DNA of 61,141 bases, the filler included, from Bipalium vagum (lineage: Eukaryota): the NCBI GenBank assembly GCA_037834085.1. It is 3 parts of 3 records of this genome, joined end to end, with 100 filler letters (N's around TTAATTAATTAA, not from the genome) between each part and the next. Parts side by side here need not be neighbours in the genome. Positions count along the whole stretch, not along the records: positions 17,713 to 41,524 come from JBBMKC010204379.1; 2 more parts are not named here. One strand, written 5' to 3'. Position numbers and translations under genes: made by a program. Numbering within the stretch: the stretch's first letter is position 1; each line of letters starts with the position of its first letter. Of the stretch, positions 25,600 through 40,250 are shown piece after piece. The notes beneath the pieces were generated by a model. That model saw only the letters and a list, made by a program, of their open reading frames with translations, made no database searches and was not told the DNA's origin.

Positions 25600-27735
25600 T
25601 AATAATAACCTTATCAGCCTCAATAAAATTCGTAAATCGTGTAAAGTCGAATAATTTTTTATATTACTATTACCTGTGAAATGGAATTAATAATAATAAT
25701 AATAATAAAATTAAGTTTCATAGAAATTTATCCAAGAAATAAATGTATTACTTTTTAATATTTTAATTTAAATTTAATTAAAAATAGTCTTTAGTCATTG
25801 CTGTTTAAACGCTCGGTTAGAATGTTATTAATTTTTAATTAAATTTATCCTAATATTTAGAATTTTTTATTATGCATATTAATTTGTTTTGCTAAAATCT
25901 GTCCAGTAACTTTTTAATTCTAAAAGATTAAAATATAACTAAAAGTTAAAATATAACTTATTAAAATTATTTCTAAAAAATGTCGACGATAGATTGAAAG
26001 TTTTATCAATCAATCTTTTATTATCTAGAATGACACCTGTAATCCTTTCTATAATACAAACATCCTAACAGAAACGTTATTTTATAATTCTTGGATATTT
26101 TTTTAGAAATTTGTTATAAACAATTTGAAGAAAATATATCTTATTATTTTATAATATTGCCGGGGTTTCATTATTACTAACTTAAAAGTCAGCATATTAC
26201 TTTCTCCTGTTATATATCTGTTATATGCTAATTATAAAAATGGATAATAAGAGAGTAATGAGAGAAAATGGAATTAATGATAATAATAACAATAATAATT
26301 TTAATAAAAATGAACTAATAATAATAATTATAAAAATAAAAAGTAAAATCAAAATATTAAAATAAATATAAAATTTTTGTCTCTGTATGATTTGATAAAG
26401 ATTTAACTAAATATCCTTTCATTTAAAGATAATAATTAAAATTATTATTAATTAAAATTATGATTTTTTCATAGAGTTTAATTTTTTATACTCAAAGAGA
26501 TCTTTAATAAATCCAAATTAATCAAGATTCTATTCATGACAATCTGATGGATGCTTGGGTGTGAGGCGTTAAATATATTATTAGCTTTTTATTGGTTAAA
26601 TGTCATTAAAGATTAAAATTATTAACGGATTGATTTTTATAATAAAATTAAAAAAATATTTTCTGAATTTTTGAAATATTTTAATATATTTTATATATCG
26701 ATAGCCTTGTTTTTTATTTCTAAATTAAGATAAAATTACTATAAATTAGACAGTAAAATTTATCCCTAGACAGTAATTTTTATCTCTATGATGAAATAAT
26801 AAAATCCGTACAAATTTCTTTCATCGTTATAATATCTTTCCGGTTGAATCAGATCTTTTAATGCCATTAATGATTTGAAGACTAACAGAACGAATTTTGC
26901 TCGACGATGAAAGTCTCTTTCAGAGCAATGTTAAGTAAAGAGGACTGGCTGTTACAGATGTCTGACATTTTATTTATACAAATATTTCCATCTGATATTC
27001 CGTTTCTCTTAAATGTACAATTGATCCGTGATTTGTTTCAGAGAAGAGATGCCGTTGCCAATATTTATAAAACAAAAATAAAAATACATTGCTAATCTCT
27101 GTCCCATTTTTATTAGAAATATTATTATGTGAAATGTGAAAGCGTTTAGACAATATTGCTTTTGATCGGAATGGTATTATCTTTTCTGAATCTTTGTTAA
27201 TAAATTGTCACTAGGTAATGATTTTTTTATCATAACATGAATTTAACAATTAAACAGAATAGTTTTTTCAGTGTTTAATGAAAAATAAAAATGAAAGAAA
27301 GCTACAGAGTTGTCAAAAACTGAGATCTGAACTTATTTCTATTAAATCTTCAAATTGACAATTCTACAAGCTATATTCTTCATTTTTTAATAATATAAGA
27401 TCAAAGCAATAATAATGATATATTTCATTAAATCCAATTACTTAATCAAATTTTCAACATGGACCTCATCTTTTTTAAAAATTAAATTATTTACTTTATA
27501 AGAGTTTACCAATATTTATTGTGCTATTTTTATTTAAAATTTTAACTAAAAATATATAAAAACTAACTTAAAAAAATTAATAATTTTTAAAACTTTAAAT
27601 TAAAAACATTTAATAAACGTTAATTTAGGTTTGAAGTCCTTATTTTAAAAAATCCAACCAAAGTAATTGTTCGAAATACTTCTTTTACTATACATAGTAT
27701 TATAATCATTTTTGAAAAAGACACAAGATTTATTA

Positions 27736-28190
27736 TTAGGTTGGTGATTATGAAATGTCGTCTTTTGTATAATTTTTAGCTATCAAAATATCTTAATGAA
27801 TGTGAATTATTACATATTTTCTTTAATCTATCTTCCACTCTATATGATTTCTCCATTTCATGTAAATGAATTCTTATCGTCTCCGTATAACAATCAAAAA
27901 TTGTAACCAGTTCTTCAGTTGTATTTGTATTTGTTCTGTATTTTCATCATTCAATCGCTTTAGCTTGTAAACGTCGACAACGAATGAACGGTCTGTTTTC
28001 GAAAGATCTCAAAGACCTCTGTTATCATCCTTAAATTTTCTAAGCCATTTTCTGCATTGACTAACAAAGAAATGTTCATGAGGATAGATTTTCAGAATGT
28101 TTCGTGAGGTCCCTTTAGTTATGGTCCATTGATCATACTCATACAAAAATCAGTGCCTGGTATGAGTATTTGTATTATAATAATATATAT
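27736..28190 (-). mobile_element. Deleted mariner remnant
   Basis: TIR-like ttaggttggtgattatgaaatgtcgtctttt at 27736; minus-strand HTH remnant RH*FLYEYDQ..SRNILKIYP..VSQCRKWLRKFK. Confidence 0.65.
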
Positions 28191-28379
28191 AATACTTTTT
28201 GCCTTTAGGGTTTCAATAAGAAATATCAAATTATTATCTAAATTTAAATATGATACACAAATTGTATTATTCAAACAAGTATAAGTACATTTTAACAAAG
28301 AATTCCAAATGTATTTATATTAATTTTATTATAATATAGCGTTTAAGTTTTGAAATATAAAGAGCTGGCAATTAGATTA

Positions 28380-28620
28380 AATCCATAACATATTCTAATG
28401 ATACTCTCTGAATTACAGCCACATGGTTCCTTCAAGCTTGGAGTTAGTCATATATTTTTAAAGGTTAAAGTAGACCCAATAGAAGCAGTCATGATAGATA
28501 ATCACTTCATTTAGCAAAAACTATCTTTCATCTGACCATACGATTTTTTAACCATGGAAGAACAATTTCCTAATTGTAATAACACAAAGTCACAAAGCTC
28601 GATTCTTTGGTCTTCTGGTT
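28380..28620 (-). mobile_element. rosa-like transposase fragment
   Basis: RIELCDFVL..KIVWSDER*FLLNEVI..HDCFYW resembles the rosa consensus WSDE..F.LNG.VN.HN..YW. Confidence 0.6.
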
Positions 28621-29491
28621 TTTAATAATATTGTTATTGATATTCTTTATAATTATTATGATGATTAAAAACTTTCTTTGTAACCAGTTCTATTTTTCCA
28701 TTTAAAAAATTATGAAAATATGATTACGATACTTATCATAAGAATTATTTTCTTAATTTTTTAAAAGAAAGATATTGGCACTATTTTATTTTATAAAAAT
28801 ATATGGAAATGAAATATTTATATTTATCATTCATCTTGTAAACCACATGGAAACGAATTTTATCCAATTTTCTTTCAATCCCACATTGCTGCAACAGTTT
28901 TCGAGATCTGTGTAAATCATGAAATAATCACGTTAATGGATTTAGTAATGGATATAACACCTGCAAATGAATTTACAGATTCAGGCGTTCCTAAACTCTA
29001 ATTACATTCCCAGACAAAGTTATCCATCTATCCACATATGATCACCAGTTCGACGACTTTTATCCCATCTGAAATAGCAATTAGTCCTCAATTATGCAAT
29101 GGACATTTCAATAGCTGAAAAGAATTTACCTTCGTTTCACAGTTACCAGTGGTTCTTAATACAAATATTCTTCCCAGCATAATATATTTGTAGTGTTGAT
29201 GGATCTAGGTGCTTCTTTTCCACAAATTATTTCAAAAACAAAAATAATGGACATTTAATCAGAATTAATTAGAGATTAATGAAAATTAATAACCTGTTTG
29301 TCGTGTGTATTATATTATATTTGTATATTTAAGTATGTTAATAAAATATTTAAAAGTAGAACAATGGAAAACCGTAATATTTACTTTAAATCTCATGGGT
29401 CCTTTAAAAAATATACTTGGTGCAAATAATATAGATCCAGCTGATATTAATTTGAAATATTACTTTATGAATATAACATTTGAAATATATA

Positions 29492-31075
29492 CAGGATGTG
29501 GACAATGAAGTAAGTAATTGGAAAACGAGATATTATAAATGCCCCAACGATCAGACGATCAACACGATTAAATCAACTGTTTATTAATCTGATAGTATTT
29601 AGTCCGAAGTTGTATTACGATTTAATTGGTACATATTTATTTAAATGTTTAAGAATTTTAAAACTTTTAGTATACAGATGTAAATTATGTAAAAATAAAT
29701 AACGTAAAACAATCAAAACATTTATTTAATTCAGATGAACAGTTTTAATAGTTTGTATTGCCTCCACGGCTTCTAATAACAGCTGCTATTCGTTTGGGTA
29801 TTGACTCAACAAGTTTCTTGAGAAATTCCTGGAGGGTAATATCCCATTCTTCCTTAAAAAATAATTTCATTTCTTCAACGTTTCTGGGTTTCCGTTTTCC
29901 TATTCTAACTTTAATATTTGTCCATTAATGCTCAATAATATTTAGATCAGGTGACTGTGAAGACCAATCTAATATTTTAATTTCATTATCAATCAACCAA
30001 TTCTTGTTAATTGCAGCTGTATGCTTCTGATTGTTATCTTGCTCAACGACAAATCGACGTTTGAGTCTTGCTTTACTAGCTGATTGAAACAAATTCAGGG
30101 CAACATTTTATTTTAAACTTCCCTTGTCATAATGCCATGAATTGAAAATTACTCATTCTATTCCCAGAAATTGATCCCAAAACTAAGATACAATTACCTC
30201 CCTGTTTCACTGTTAATCGAGTACATTGTGATATCAGTTTTTCCCCTTTCTTTACCACGTCCTAATGATTCCGTCAGACCCGAATTGATTAAGCTTTGTC
30301 TCATCGAACCATAGAACTGTTTCCCATTGTTCTAATGTCCACCTGGAATATATTGTCTCCCACAAGCATCTTCATTTTCGGTTGACACTACTAATCAGTG
30401 TTTTCCGTTTAGCTATTCTATACTTGTTAAATCTGCCTCCTTCAGTCTTCTTCTCAGACGATGAGTCTTCTTTTAATTTATGTACAGATAACCGTCTATT
30501 AATAAGAATGTTCTTCACAATGAGTCGATTTTGTCTCTCTGATGTGTAACGCTTTATCCCAGACTTCGGCTTGCTAGCTGCTGTTCCAGTTTTTAAATAA
30601 TTTTTTATGATGGAATTTATTGGCGAAACAAAAATTAGTTTTTTCTGCAATTTTTTTCAAAGGCATTCTATATTTTCTGAAAAATATAATCTTATATCGA
30701 ATTCCTTTTAGTATTGATTTTCCCCTCATTTCCCAAATATCAGGAAATAATAATAATTATAAAATTTTAAAATATCAACGAAATGTTTTCAAAAAGAAGT
30801 ATTACTGATGATTAATTATATACTCAATTTTCACAGGTTTATAAATATATACTTAGTAAAGTCAAAGGAAGTGCATCTTATTAGTTTTTTACACAAAAAT
30901 CGACAATATTAGACTTAAAACAGTTTATTTACCGAATTAAATATTTTTAATTTGAAACATAATTTCACATTTTTTTCCATTTGTGTGCAACAGATAACAA
31001 AATTGCAAGAATTAATTTGTAAGTTGTGAACACAATAATTTACGTTACAATAATGACTTCATTGTCCCCATAGTT
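29492..31075 (-). mobile_element. Tc1 (DD34E) transposon, near full length, degenerate
   Basis: Inverted termini caggatgtggacaatgaagt / acttcattgtccccatag; motifs KTGTAASKPKSG, WFDETKLNQFGSDG, EQDNNQKHTA, WSSQSPDLNIIEH. Confidence 0.9.
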
Positions 31076-32231
31076 TTACATATAAGTATTAATTATAATA
31101 TATCATATAATTTTTATCTTAATTTCATATATTAGGAAAATATTAAATTATTTAATAATTTAAAATATGATAAAATATTTCATAGAAAAAGGTAAGAAAA
31201 ATGTTCAGGAAAGTTTAAGAGAAATATCAAATTCGCTTTTCTAATTATACAAATATTATTATCCATATTAATATAAAAAAACAAATATTTCTCAAATGAA
31301 ACACGTTCCATTTAAACAAAATTTTATATTACAAAATTTCAAAATTTCCTAATATCATAATTATCAAAAATAAAAACAAATAACAAAATAAATATTAATA
31401 GTAAAAATATCCTTTCCTAATTTTTAAAGGTTACTTTTTATTATTTCGTAAAAAATAATCCCAGTAAAAATAATTAAATTTAAAATTCATTGTGATTTAT
31501 ACAAAACAATATTTATATATAAAATAATTTATACAAATAAATATTCAGTCAATGTAAATTTAGAATTATATTATATATTTATCAGAATATCACAACAGAA
31601 CAATATTCTGTCAGTTTACATTTTAACATTAACAATATTAATTTCTTTAATAATTTTAAAATGCTAAAAGGAAATTGTGATTTTAAATCATCCCTTGAGG
31701 CATTAAATATCCTTGCCGGAAAGAGCGCTCATAATAATTATTTTCTGAAGATATTTTCTAGATAAATTAGACAAAATAATTATGACCTTGAAGACAGCAT
31801 AATTTATTGTAATATAATATAAACAGTTTATGGAATAAGCAGTCAATATCTCACACCATATATTTTCGAAACATATAATTACATCTGCAGCCATTTTCCT
31901 GTGAATTTGTAAAAAAATTCTTTGAAGTTTTAATTAGCTTTTTTTATATTCATTTGCAGAACTTTCTTAAAATATTTATGGTTTAAAAATCATTCAATCT
32001 TGCTCTGTTTTATATTTTCTAAAAAAATATTCAAAATATTTAAAAAGCATAATATAAAATAAAATAAAAATATTCGTATCAAAAACTTTTTTCTCATAGA
32101 TTAAAATAAAGGGGAAAATGTATGTGACATTTAGAAAAAATATATAATACAATTTGCAGATGCTAATCTCTATAACTTAATATATTAATTATAATATTTA
32201 TTTATTATTATGTAATATTTATTATGAGAAA

Positions 32232-33275
32232 TTGGGTTGTTCAGAAAATTACTTCGTTTTTTTATAATAATCCTTAAATCTTAATTTAAAGCACCTAAAT
32301 TATTTTTAAAGTTGGGATATTCAAATTGCCTGGTAGATGGCAGAGGGTCGGAACAAAAAGGACAATAAATCATTGATTAAAATATTTATTACTAATAAAA
32401 CTTTTGGTCTCTCTTTAAGGTCCATTTCACGCAGGAATTACACGAAGAGGATTTGCAAGACAAAGTTGAGATGTGCAAAACCCTGGTCCCAATGTTAGAA
32501 AATGTGGATATTCAGGAAAATATTTTCCTTTCAGATGAAAAAACGTTTTACCAAAAAGGATTAGTAAATAAACATAACCTCAGATATTGGTCAGAAAGTA
32601 ACCCACATGCTACTTTTAAAACTACTAGAAAATCCCGGTGTGCTTTGTCAAAAAATAAAATTATCGGTCAGTATTTCTTTGAAGATGAGACTCTTAATGG
32701 CCAAAATTACCTATCAATGCTTCAAGACTATTTTATGTTTGAAGTGAGGAAAATATGCAAAGTACGGTCCCAGGTATTTCAGTAAGATGGAGCTTCTGCG
32801 CATTTTTCAACAAATGTACGATAGTATCTTGACACTCATTTTCCGAACAGGTGGATTGGAAGAGGTGGTTCAATTCGAAGGGCTTCAAGTTCACCAGATT
32901 TAATTCCTCTTGATTTCTATTTATTGGGATATTTAAAGAATAAGATATACAAATCTGAAATCAAAAATATTGACGATTTGAAAAAAAAATCACAGAAGAA
33001 ATAAAAAGTTTTACCACAAAAACTTTGAATAGCGTATTTTTAAATATTGTAAAAAGGATGAATTTATGTATATCAGTTAATGGTAGTCATTTCAACAATT
33101 GTTGTAAATATTTTTATATGAAATAAAAATTAAAAGATTTTTCTTTAATTTTATAAAGCAAGCGATTAAATATCTCAACTTGCATAAGAAATATTTAAGT
33201 TTACTTTCCGCGGGGACTTATGGGATACCCTGTACTTTTTACTAAAAATGCGAAGTGACTTTCCGAAAAACCCAA
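32232..33275 (+). mobile_element. 3' portion of a rosa/DD41D element (32413-33232) inside a mariner-type TIR pair
   Basis: LSDEKTF, Q*DGASAHF, RWIGRGG, SPDLIPLDFYLLGYLK; rosa end ggggacttatgggataccctg-TA. Outer TIRs ttgggttgttcagaaaattacttcg / cgaagtgactttccgaaaaacccaa. Confidence 0.88.
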
Positions 33276-34559
33276 TATATCAACCACAGGCGACATAGAG
33301 AGGTTTGACTTTATTTATTATAATATTTCGTATATAATTTTTCAAATGAATGATAATGAAAATAACCATTTTTACAAAAAATAATATTAATATATTTTAT
33401 TAAAAATAATATTATTAATGATATGTCCATGACAAATGTTCTTATCGAATATTTAATTTCAAAATGTATATTGAAAGTAGCCCTACCTTGCAAATCATTT
33501 GTAACGCTAATGACAATTAAAAAATATACAAGAAATAGAGAGGGTCTTGCATTTCGCTGTTTGCATGCTGTTCAAACTAATTATTATTATTAGTATAAGA
33601 ACGGGTCAATATTTGAAAGATATCGGAAAAAAGTATATGATCCAAATATTGTAAATAACATAAGGGTGACATGAAATATATCTCATTTTCATAATCTATT
33701 TCATTAAGAGACCATTATTAAGAGATCGAATTGTCTGAACTTACATAATTTATTAAATAAATAAATAAATGTGAGAATGGTTAACTCGAAGATGTGCAAT
33801 ATCAAAATAGTTAATGAAAGTTTTTTTCTATAGGAAAATAAAGTTTACATGATAAACAAAAGTATTGAAAAACATTTGTTAAAGAAATTGAAAGTATTTT
33901 CTGACAATTTCAATATTAATATTTTATCATCTACCAGAATAATTCAACGAAAATAGCTCATTTTGTGTTAACCTTCATAAGTCATTCGAATTATTCTTGA
34001 CTGTAAGCTGACCATGTTTTGAATTTCACCTTTGAGGTTACTATGTTCTTTGTATCTTTCGCTGTTATTTATTATATAAATGTATTGGTTGTGAAGTCTA
34101 TATAGTGATCATCTTTACAATCTTTGTTTGTCGATTAAGTCACACTAATATTATTTATATTTTGTTATTTTACAGTGAACCAGTAATAGAGCATCACATA
34201 TCAAAATATAATTACTATTAGTCTTTATTCATATCACAATTTGTCTTGGGATAAAATTTTCCTTTCACTTCCTATATCTTTTGACAGCCTTACAAATTAT
34301 ATTGTCCACTCAGGATTTATTCAGAATTACAATTTATATACCCTTATCATGGATAATCAAGCTTTAAGAATATTTTGTTTATTTCCTTCAGCTCTACCAA
34401 TTCATTTTATTTAGCATTCATTGAAATTATAAAATAATTTTAAAATGTAGTTTCATATAATGTTATTAGATTCTAATTTACGGGGTTATTCATCATTATA
34501 CTTAAAACTATTACATATTATATTGAAAAAATTATTTATTAATGGAAAATTTTTATTAC

Positions 34560-35560
34560 ATACACACCATTTACAGAATTGAATAAAATTTTCTTTTGCC
34601 ATTTGCCATTTCATCAAATCTTCTCACATGATTGAAGAAACCACTTAAGCCCATAGTTTCATTTGTCAAAACATTTGTAATCCTCCGCATCATTTCATCT
34701 TTACCTTGGATAACAGTTTAATACCAACTAAAATAGCTTTAAAATAACTAAAATACTCCTCAATTGGCCTAAACTATGGCGAGTAATGAGAAAGATAAGA
34801 TGCTGAATTTTGTGTAAATTCATTAATTCGATAACTTCATGCTTATGGTGAAATTTCTGCGTATTTACGGAAAAATATGGAACTAGTTTTTCAGTTATAA
34901 ACTTCACAAACTTTTACCCATTAAAAGCACCGGATGTGTTTTCAAATACCATCCTTTTTGATTGCCACCATAATACTTATATTTGTCCCCTCAGTCGCCT
35001 TTAACTATTTTTACCCCTTAATATTTTTGGGTGAATAGCCGTAATTTCTGGTATTGTGGAGGTTTACACCAGTTTCATCTGAAACAATAATATTTTCATC
35101 AGAGATCATTTGTATCTCTTTTGTAAATTGTTGCCGAATATTTAGTACCCTTTCAAAATTCCGTTCCTCGGGAATTCTTACCAACTTTTTTCTAGTATAA
35201 TCTATTTTTTTAGTATATTTGAAATTGATGCCTGCGATTTCATAATTCCATTTTTTGTAATTCAAAGGATATGTCTCCCTGAGTAAATGTTGAGTCACTT
35301 ATAAGCAGTTGCGCTATTTTGTTGTGGACATGAGTAACTCCTTGTACTCTTCTGCTATTCTTTATTCCGGTTATTTCTTCATCCGACCTACCATTGCTTA
35401 TTTTGTTTGCGATATTATAGACTGTCATCGCGGACAAATCTTCGCCTTCAGCGATCCGTTTTATTGAGAGCTCCTTAGAATACTCTTTATCATATTCAAT
35501 GTAATACTTTGCCTTATCTTTCATCCTGAAATTTATCGTGGATACACAAATCTTTTTGTA
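34560..35560 (-). mobile_element. IS630-like/Tc1 DD34E transposase pseudogene
   Basis: YTRKKLVRIPEERN, VSDETGVNLH..YGYSPKN, GAFNG, YLSHYSP*FRPIEEYFSYFKA (equivalent to LPPYSPxLNPIEE.FS). Confidence 0.82.
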
Positions 35561-38500
35561 AAAAACATATTAAGTAATATTTTTACGTATATTGTGTAAT
35601 AATTTTAAATATAATAATGAATAATCCTGTATTTCTATTTGTAATATAAAATAATTAATGAGATTTAATTAATTGATTTAATAAAAATTATTTAGAAAAT
35701 TGAGATTTATTTGAAATTATGATATCATATTAACCAATCAATGTTCCTTCATTTTAAAAATTAAAATTAAACTAAAAATACACTTGTTCTCTCCCTTTCC
35801 TTGGTATATCTTCATTATCGATTAAATGCAGTTATTTTTTATTCTCTTTTTTATAAATAAAAAATAAAAACATTATGTCTTCATGGTAACTGAAGTGGTT
35901 ATATATTTCTACAGAATTTAAAGATCATACATTTAGATGCTTTTTCTATTCTGTTTTTCATTACTATATTAAATAATTAATAAATAAATAATAATTATTA
36001 ATTTATTAAAAATCCGAATAAGTAAAATTCATTTTAAGCAATAAGGATATATTTTCAAATTTTATCTGTCTTTAACGTTCAAAGGCACACGGTTTCGACA
36101 CGAAGTCAGCTGAAAGCGAACAGGGTCAAAAACGTAACAAATGCAACTAACATAACCAACTAAAACCATCTATACAGTACATTATTTCATAAAATAGGGA
36201 TCCATATATGTCAAACTTGACTTGCTTCGATCATTACGAGATAAATAAAATATAAGATAGATATACATTTCATAACATAAATGTTAAGGTCTGTAGTAGG
36301 TTACGTCCTGCTTGATAAATAATTTTTACATCTTTCATGCTAATTTTGGAACTTTTGATGAAAAAGTTTTCTTTAGATAAAATTATTATTTTCATTAAGA
36401 AACTCTCATAACGGTTCTGATGCTAACAAAAAGCGATTAAATAATTTTCACGAATTCTTTGTGCAAATGGAATAAGTTTTGAAAAGGACATTTTCTAAAT
36501 AGCATTTGATGTCATTCTTTATTTCGTAAAACATTTTATTATGCAAATGAGTAAAAGTATTTCGTCGAATAAAACTTTTCCAAACTTTGTATATAATAAA
36601 TCTTATTTTCTAAATCTTTTTTTAAATGATAAAATTTTTTGGATAATTTTATAAATTATATATTTATTTTTAATTCGTAAAATTGTGATAATGTTCTTCT
36701 AAGCATTTTTGAATTAAATTAAATTATTGTTCTCTCTTTTTTTATAAAGAAAATGATAAAAAATTCACAGAAGTTTATCTATTTTTTTTTAATTATGTAA
36801 AAATACAATAATTAAAGAATAAATAAAATCAATAAAAGTTATTAATTTACCCGTTATTCAATACTTAGGCCTATCTGAACAATCGACTTTAGGCTATGTT
36901 TCGGTAAAGAATTTAATCATTCATCATTCTAAGCGGGTTTACATTATAAAACTAACATTTAGATAACCTAATACATAATATTTCAAATTTATTTAGTAAT
37001 ATTACGAATAATTTTAGTGTTATTTTTAATAAAATAAAAAGTTTTCAACATTCAAACATTATCAATATATCCTCATTACCCTTAAATGCTCAATTCTGTA
37101 TATTGTAAATATATTAAGTTCATTCACTGTAAATTTCACAAGATATTATTTCATGAAAACATTGTTTCCTTTATTTTTAACAAGTATTTTTATATGTTTA
37201 TGAAAAAAACACGAGTTCTGAAAAGACTAAAAATTATTAAATAAATTTTCAAAAAAATCCATTATGTTAAAATGAATAAGATTAAGACAATAAAACAAAA
37301 ATTAAATTAAATTAAAATGAACAAAAAAAAACTATGAGGAGATTAAACAGACCATGAAAATTTCTAATTATTTTTTTTTAATATTTATAATGTAATGTTT
37401 TATTAATATTAGAATTCTTTAAAACATAATAACTGGATAAAAATTTAATTAGTAATTTTTTAAAATACTATTAAGTATTAAGTATTAAATATTATGTATT
37501 TTAAAATAGCTTTTTTGTTATGTTTTAATTGTATTATAAAATTTTAAATGTTTTAATCTTATTATCTTTAAATGTTTTTGACAATTTAATAAATTAATAA
37601 TAGTAAAATTTAAAGGTAATAATGATATGAAAATCCCATGATTTCATAAAAGTTAGTTAAAAATTAAAATGATTGGGAGCACCAAATAAATTATCTAAAC
37701 ATGTCTTGACTTGATTATAAATCAATAGAACTTTTTTATTTTTGTTTTAATCATAAAATATTTACAATAATATTAAAAATTTCAACAAAAAAAACCAATA
37801 CAAAGCAAAAATGTCACTAAATCTAAAATAAGTCTTTCACATTGTCAAAGTAATTAGAACTAATTAATATTATTTAATTTAATTTGTATTAATCCTATTG
37901 TTAAATTTGTGAAAATTTGTGAAAATTTAATGATTATTTACTTTTCTATGGAAAAAGAAATTAAATTGATGAGCTATCATTAGGATGTCATTCAGCTATT
38001 GCAATTTTAATGGTTAGCAATATTATTCTTATATGATAAAAGATAAAATTAAATAATTTAATATTACATAGTTCTTATTTTGTTATTATTATTTATTTAT
38101 TATTATATTATTAGACATGAAAATATCAATTTTTTTATATTGGACTGTTAGATTTATCATTAAAAGAAATAATGTAAAAATGTTTCAACATATTAATTAA
38201 TTTTAGCGAAAATAACACAATTAAAACAAAACTCATATGAATCCAACCCACACATATTTAGTAGATGGGTTTTAAAAGTCCCGATATTGTAATAGGAAAA
38301 TAAAAAAGATTAAACCTTTGCATTTTATTTCATCTTGATGATTATAATCTGAAATTTATTTATTTATTGTTTATTTATAATTTATTCCATAAATGCTTCA
38401 TCTGATAAAACAGGATCTTAGTTTTTTCTATTTTAGAGGGCATACATATATAATGCTACCAACAATTTCCTAATCCAAACCAGAAGCCATAATTATTAAA

Positions 38501-38789
38501 ATATTTAATTATTTCTTTGATTAGAAAAAATTTGTGTTTGACCGATTTGTATTAATATTTACTAATCCTTTGTACAACGTTTTAGTGATTGGGAATTCTG
38601 CAAGTTTATTGAAAATAATGTTATACCGTGGAAAAATATGACTTCATACCAATCATGATAAAACTTTAAAAATAATTTTAATAAACTTTTATTTTAAATG
38701 AAAAATTTTTAGAGAGTTTTTTAATTATTAATGTTTCTCATAATTATTTTATATTGACTGTTCTTTTATTTTAAGTTAGTCTTAAGAAA

Positions 38790-39842
38790 GATGAAAAAAC
38801 ATTATTCTCAATAGATGAAATGAAAGCTCAACATCTGGTCTTAAATGAAAGACTAGAGGTCCTTGGTAGGATATACCATAATAAGCTTTTAAAAGAATGA
38901 ATGACATATTACTTAAAGTCTTTGAACTAAGGATTTATAAGGGGTACAAATAAATAATGTGGATTTATCTAAAATAGATTTAGTGAGATGTCGAAATATA
39001 ATTGTTAATTGAAATATAAATCAATCTGTTCGAAAAATATCTAATTAATATATTGGATGAAAATACCTGTCAATCGCAAAATCAACTTGCCATAAGATTA
39101 GGTTAAGATTGCCCAGAGAGCAATAAACGCGCGCTTACATGGTATGGGTAAAATTTTAAAGGATGGAAAATGGTGGCCTCATTTTTTCTTTCTTCCATCG
39201 ACTATTGACAGGAAAAGAAAAGTGAATCTATTTTAAAAATCCTAAACGTACGAAAGAAATCCCCAAGTCAACCATTAAAACAAACTGTCAGACCGCTTCG
39301 GAAAGAAAACAATGCTCTGCGTCTGGTGGGATCATGAGCTTCCCAAATCAGAAGAAAGTGTTAACTCGGAGGGATTGCACAATTACATTGTACTTAATTA
39401 TTAACAGCTTCAGGAATTCTATATGGCTTAGAATTCAGTAGGTTTTTCAATGGTCTCTTTCCCATGTCCTCCAATGAACGAAGAAGATTTCAATTCTTTA
39501 ATAGACTAAATTTGTCTTCCATCTTCAAAAACTTCACGAACAAGCATTCTTTATAAGTTTTCTGACGGATTAATGTTTGGTAAATATGATTTTTATTTAT
39601 TCAATCTTAACTGAATTCTCTGTATAGAAGAATCTTCAAATCTTTAGAGGATTGCCGAAAACACCTGAATAAGTTTATCGATTTAAAATTCTTGAAGGAT
39701 GTGATTTTCAAATTAGCTGGCAGATGGCGAAAAGTCGTTGATTTATATGGTGAATAACATTGTTGAATAACATTTGTTTATAATAATAAAAAATCTACTA
39801 TGAATTTTTCATAAAAATACGAAGACTTTTTAATCAACCTAA
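38790..39842 (+). mobile_element. Fragmented mariner (mauritiana-like) with an internal foreign segment
   Basis: LDENTCQSQNQLAIRLG..RLHGMGKILKDGKWWPH, TMLCVWWD, LAGRWRKVVD..GE; 3' TIR-like end ttaatcaacctaa-TA. Confidence 0.75.
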
Positions 39843-40049
39843 TATAAAAAAAACTATTTATACTACTAGTATATTTTGGATTTTTTAATAACATTATATC
39901 ATTCTTTTAATATAATAATATACAATTCTGATGGTTTGATAAAAAATTGTTTGAATAACATAAAAGAAAACATTAATTAAAAACTTGAATTTTTAACATA
40001 ATTATATAGAATTTGATTTTTTCTCTAAGGCAATATATAAAGCTCTTTA

Positions 40050-40250
40050 TAGAATTCTGATGGGCGAACGGTCACAGTTTGTCAACTACATTGATGTCAC
40101 CTTCGTTGAAGTGCTTTAACCTGATTGCCACGGTATTTCGATGAACTATACCTTACCTTCAACTTCACAAAGTTGTTCGGCTGTAGCTTTTGTACTTGCA
40201 CTTTTTTCAAATAATCGTGCAATAGTGCAAGAATTGGTATTTTATATTCA
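40050..40250 (-). mobile_element. Mariner N-terminal (HTH) fragment
   Basis: STKATAEQLCEVEG.GIVHRNTVAIRLKHFNEGDINVVDK..RP. Confidence 0.6.
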
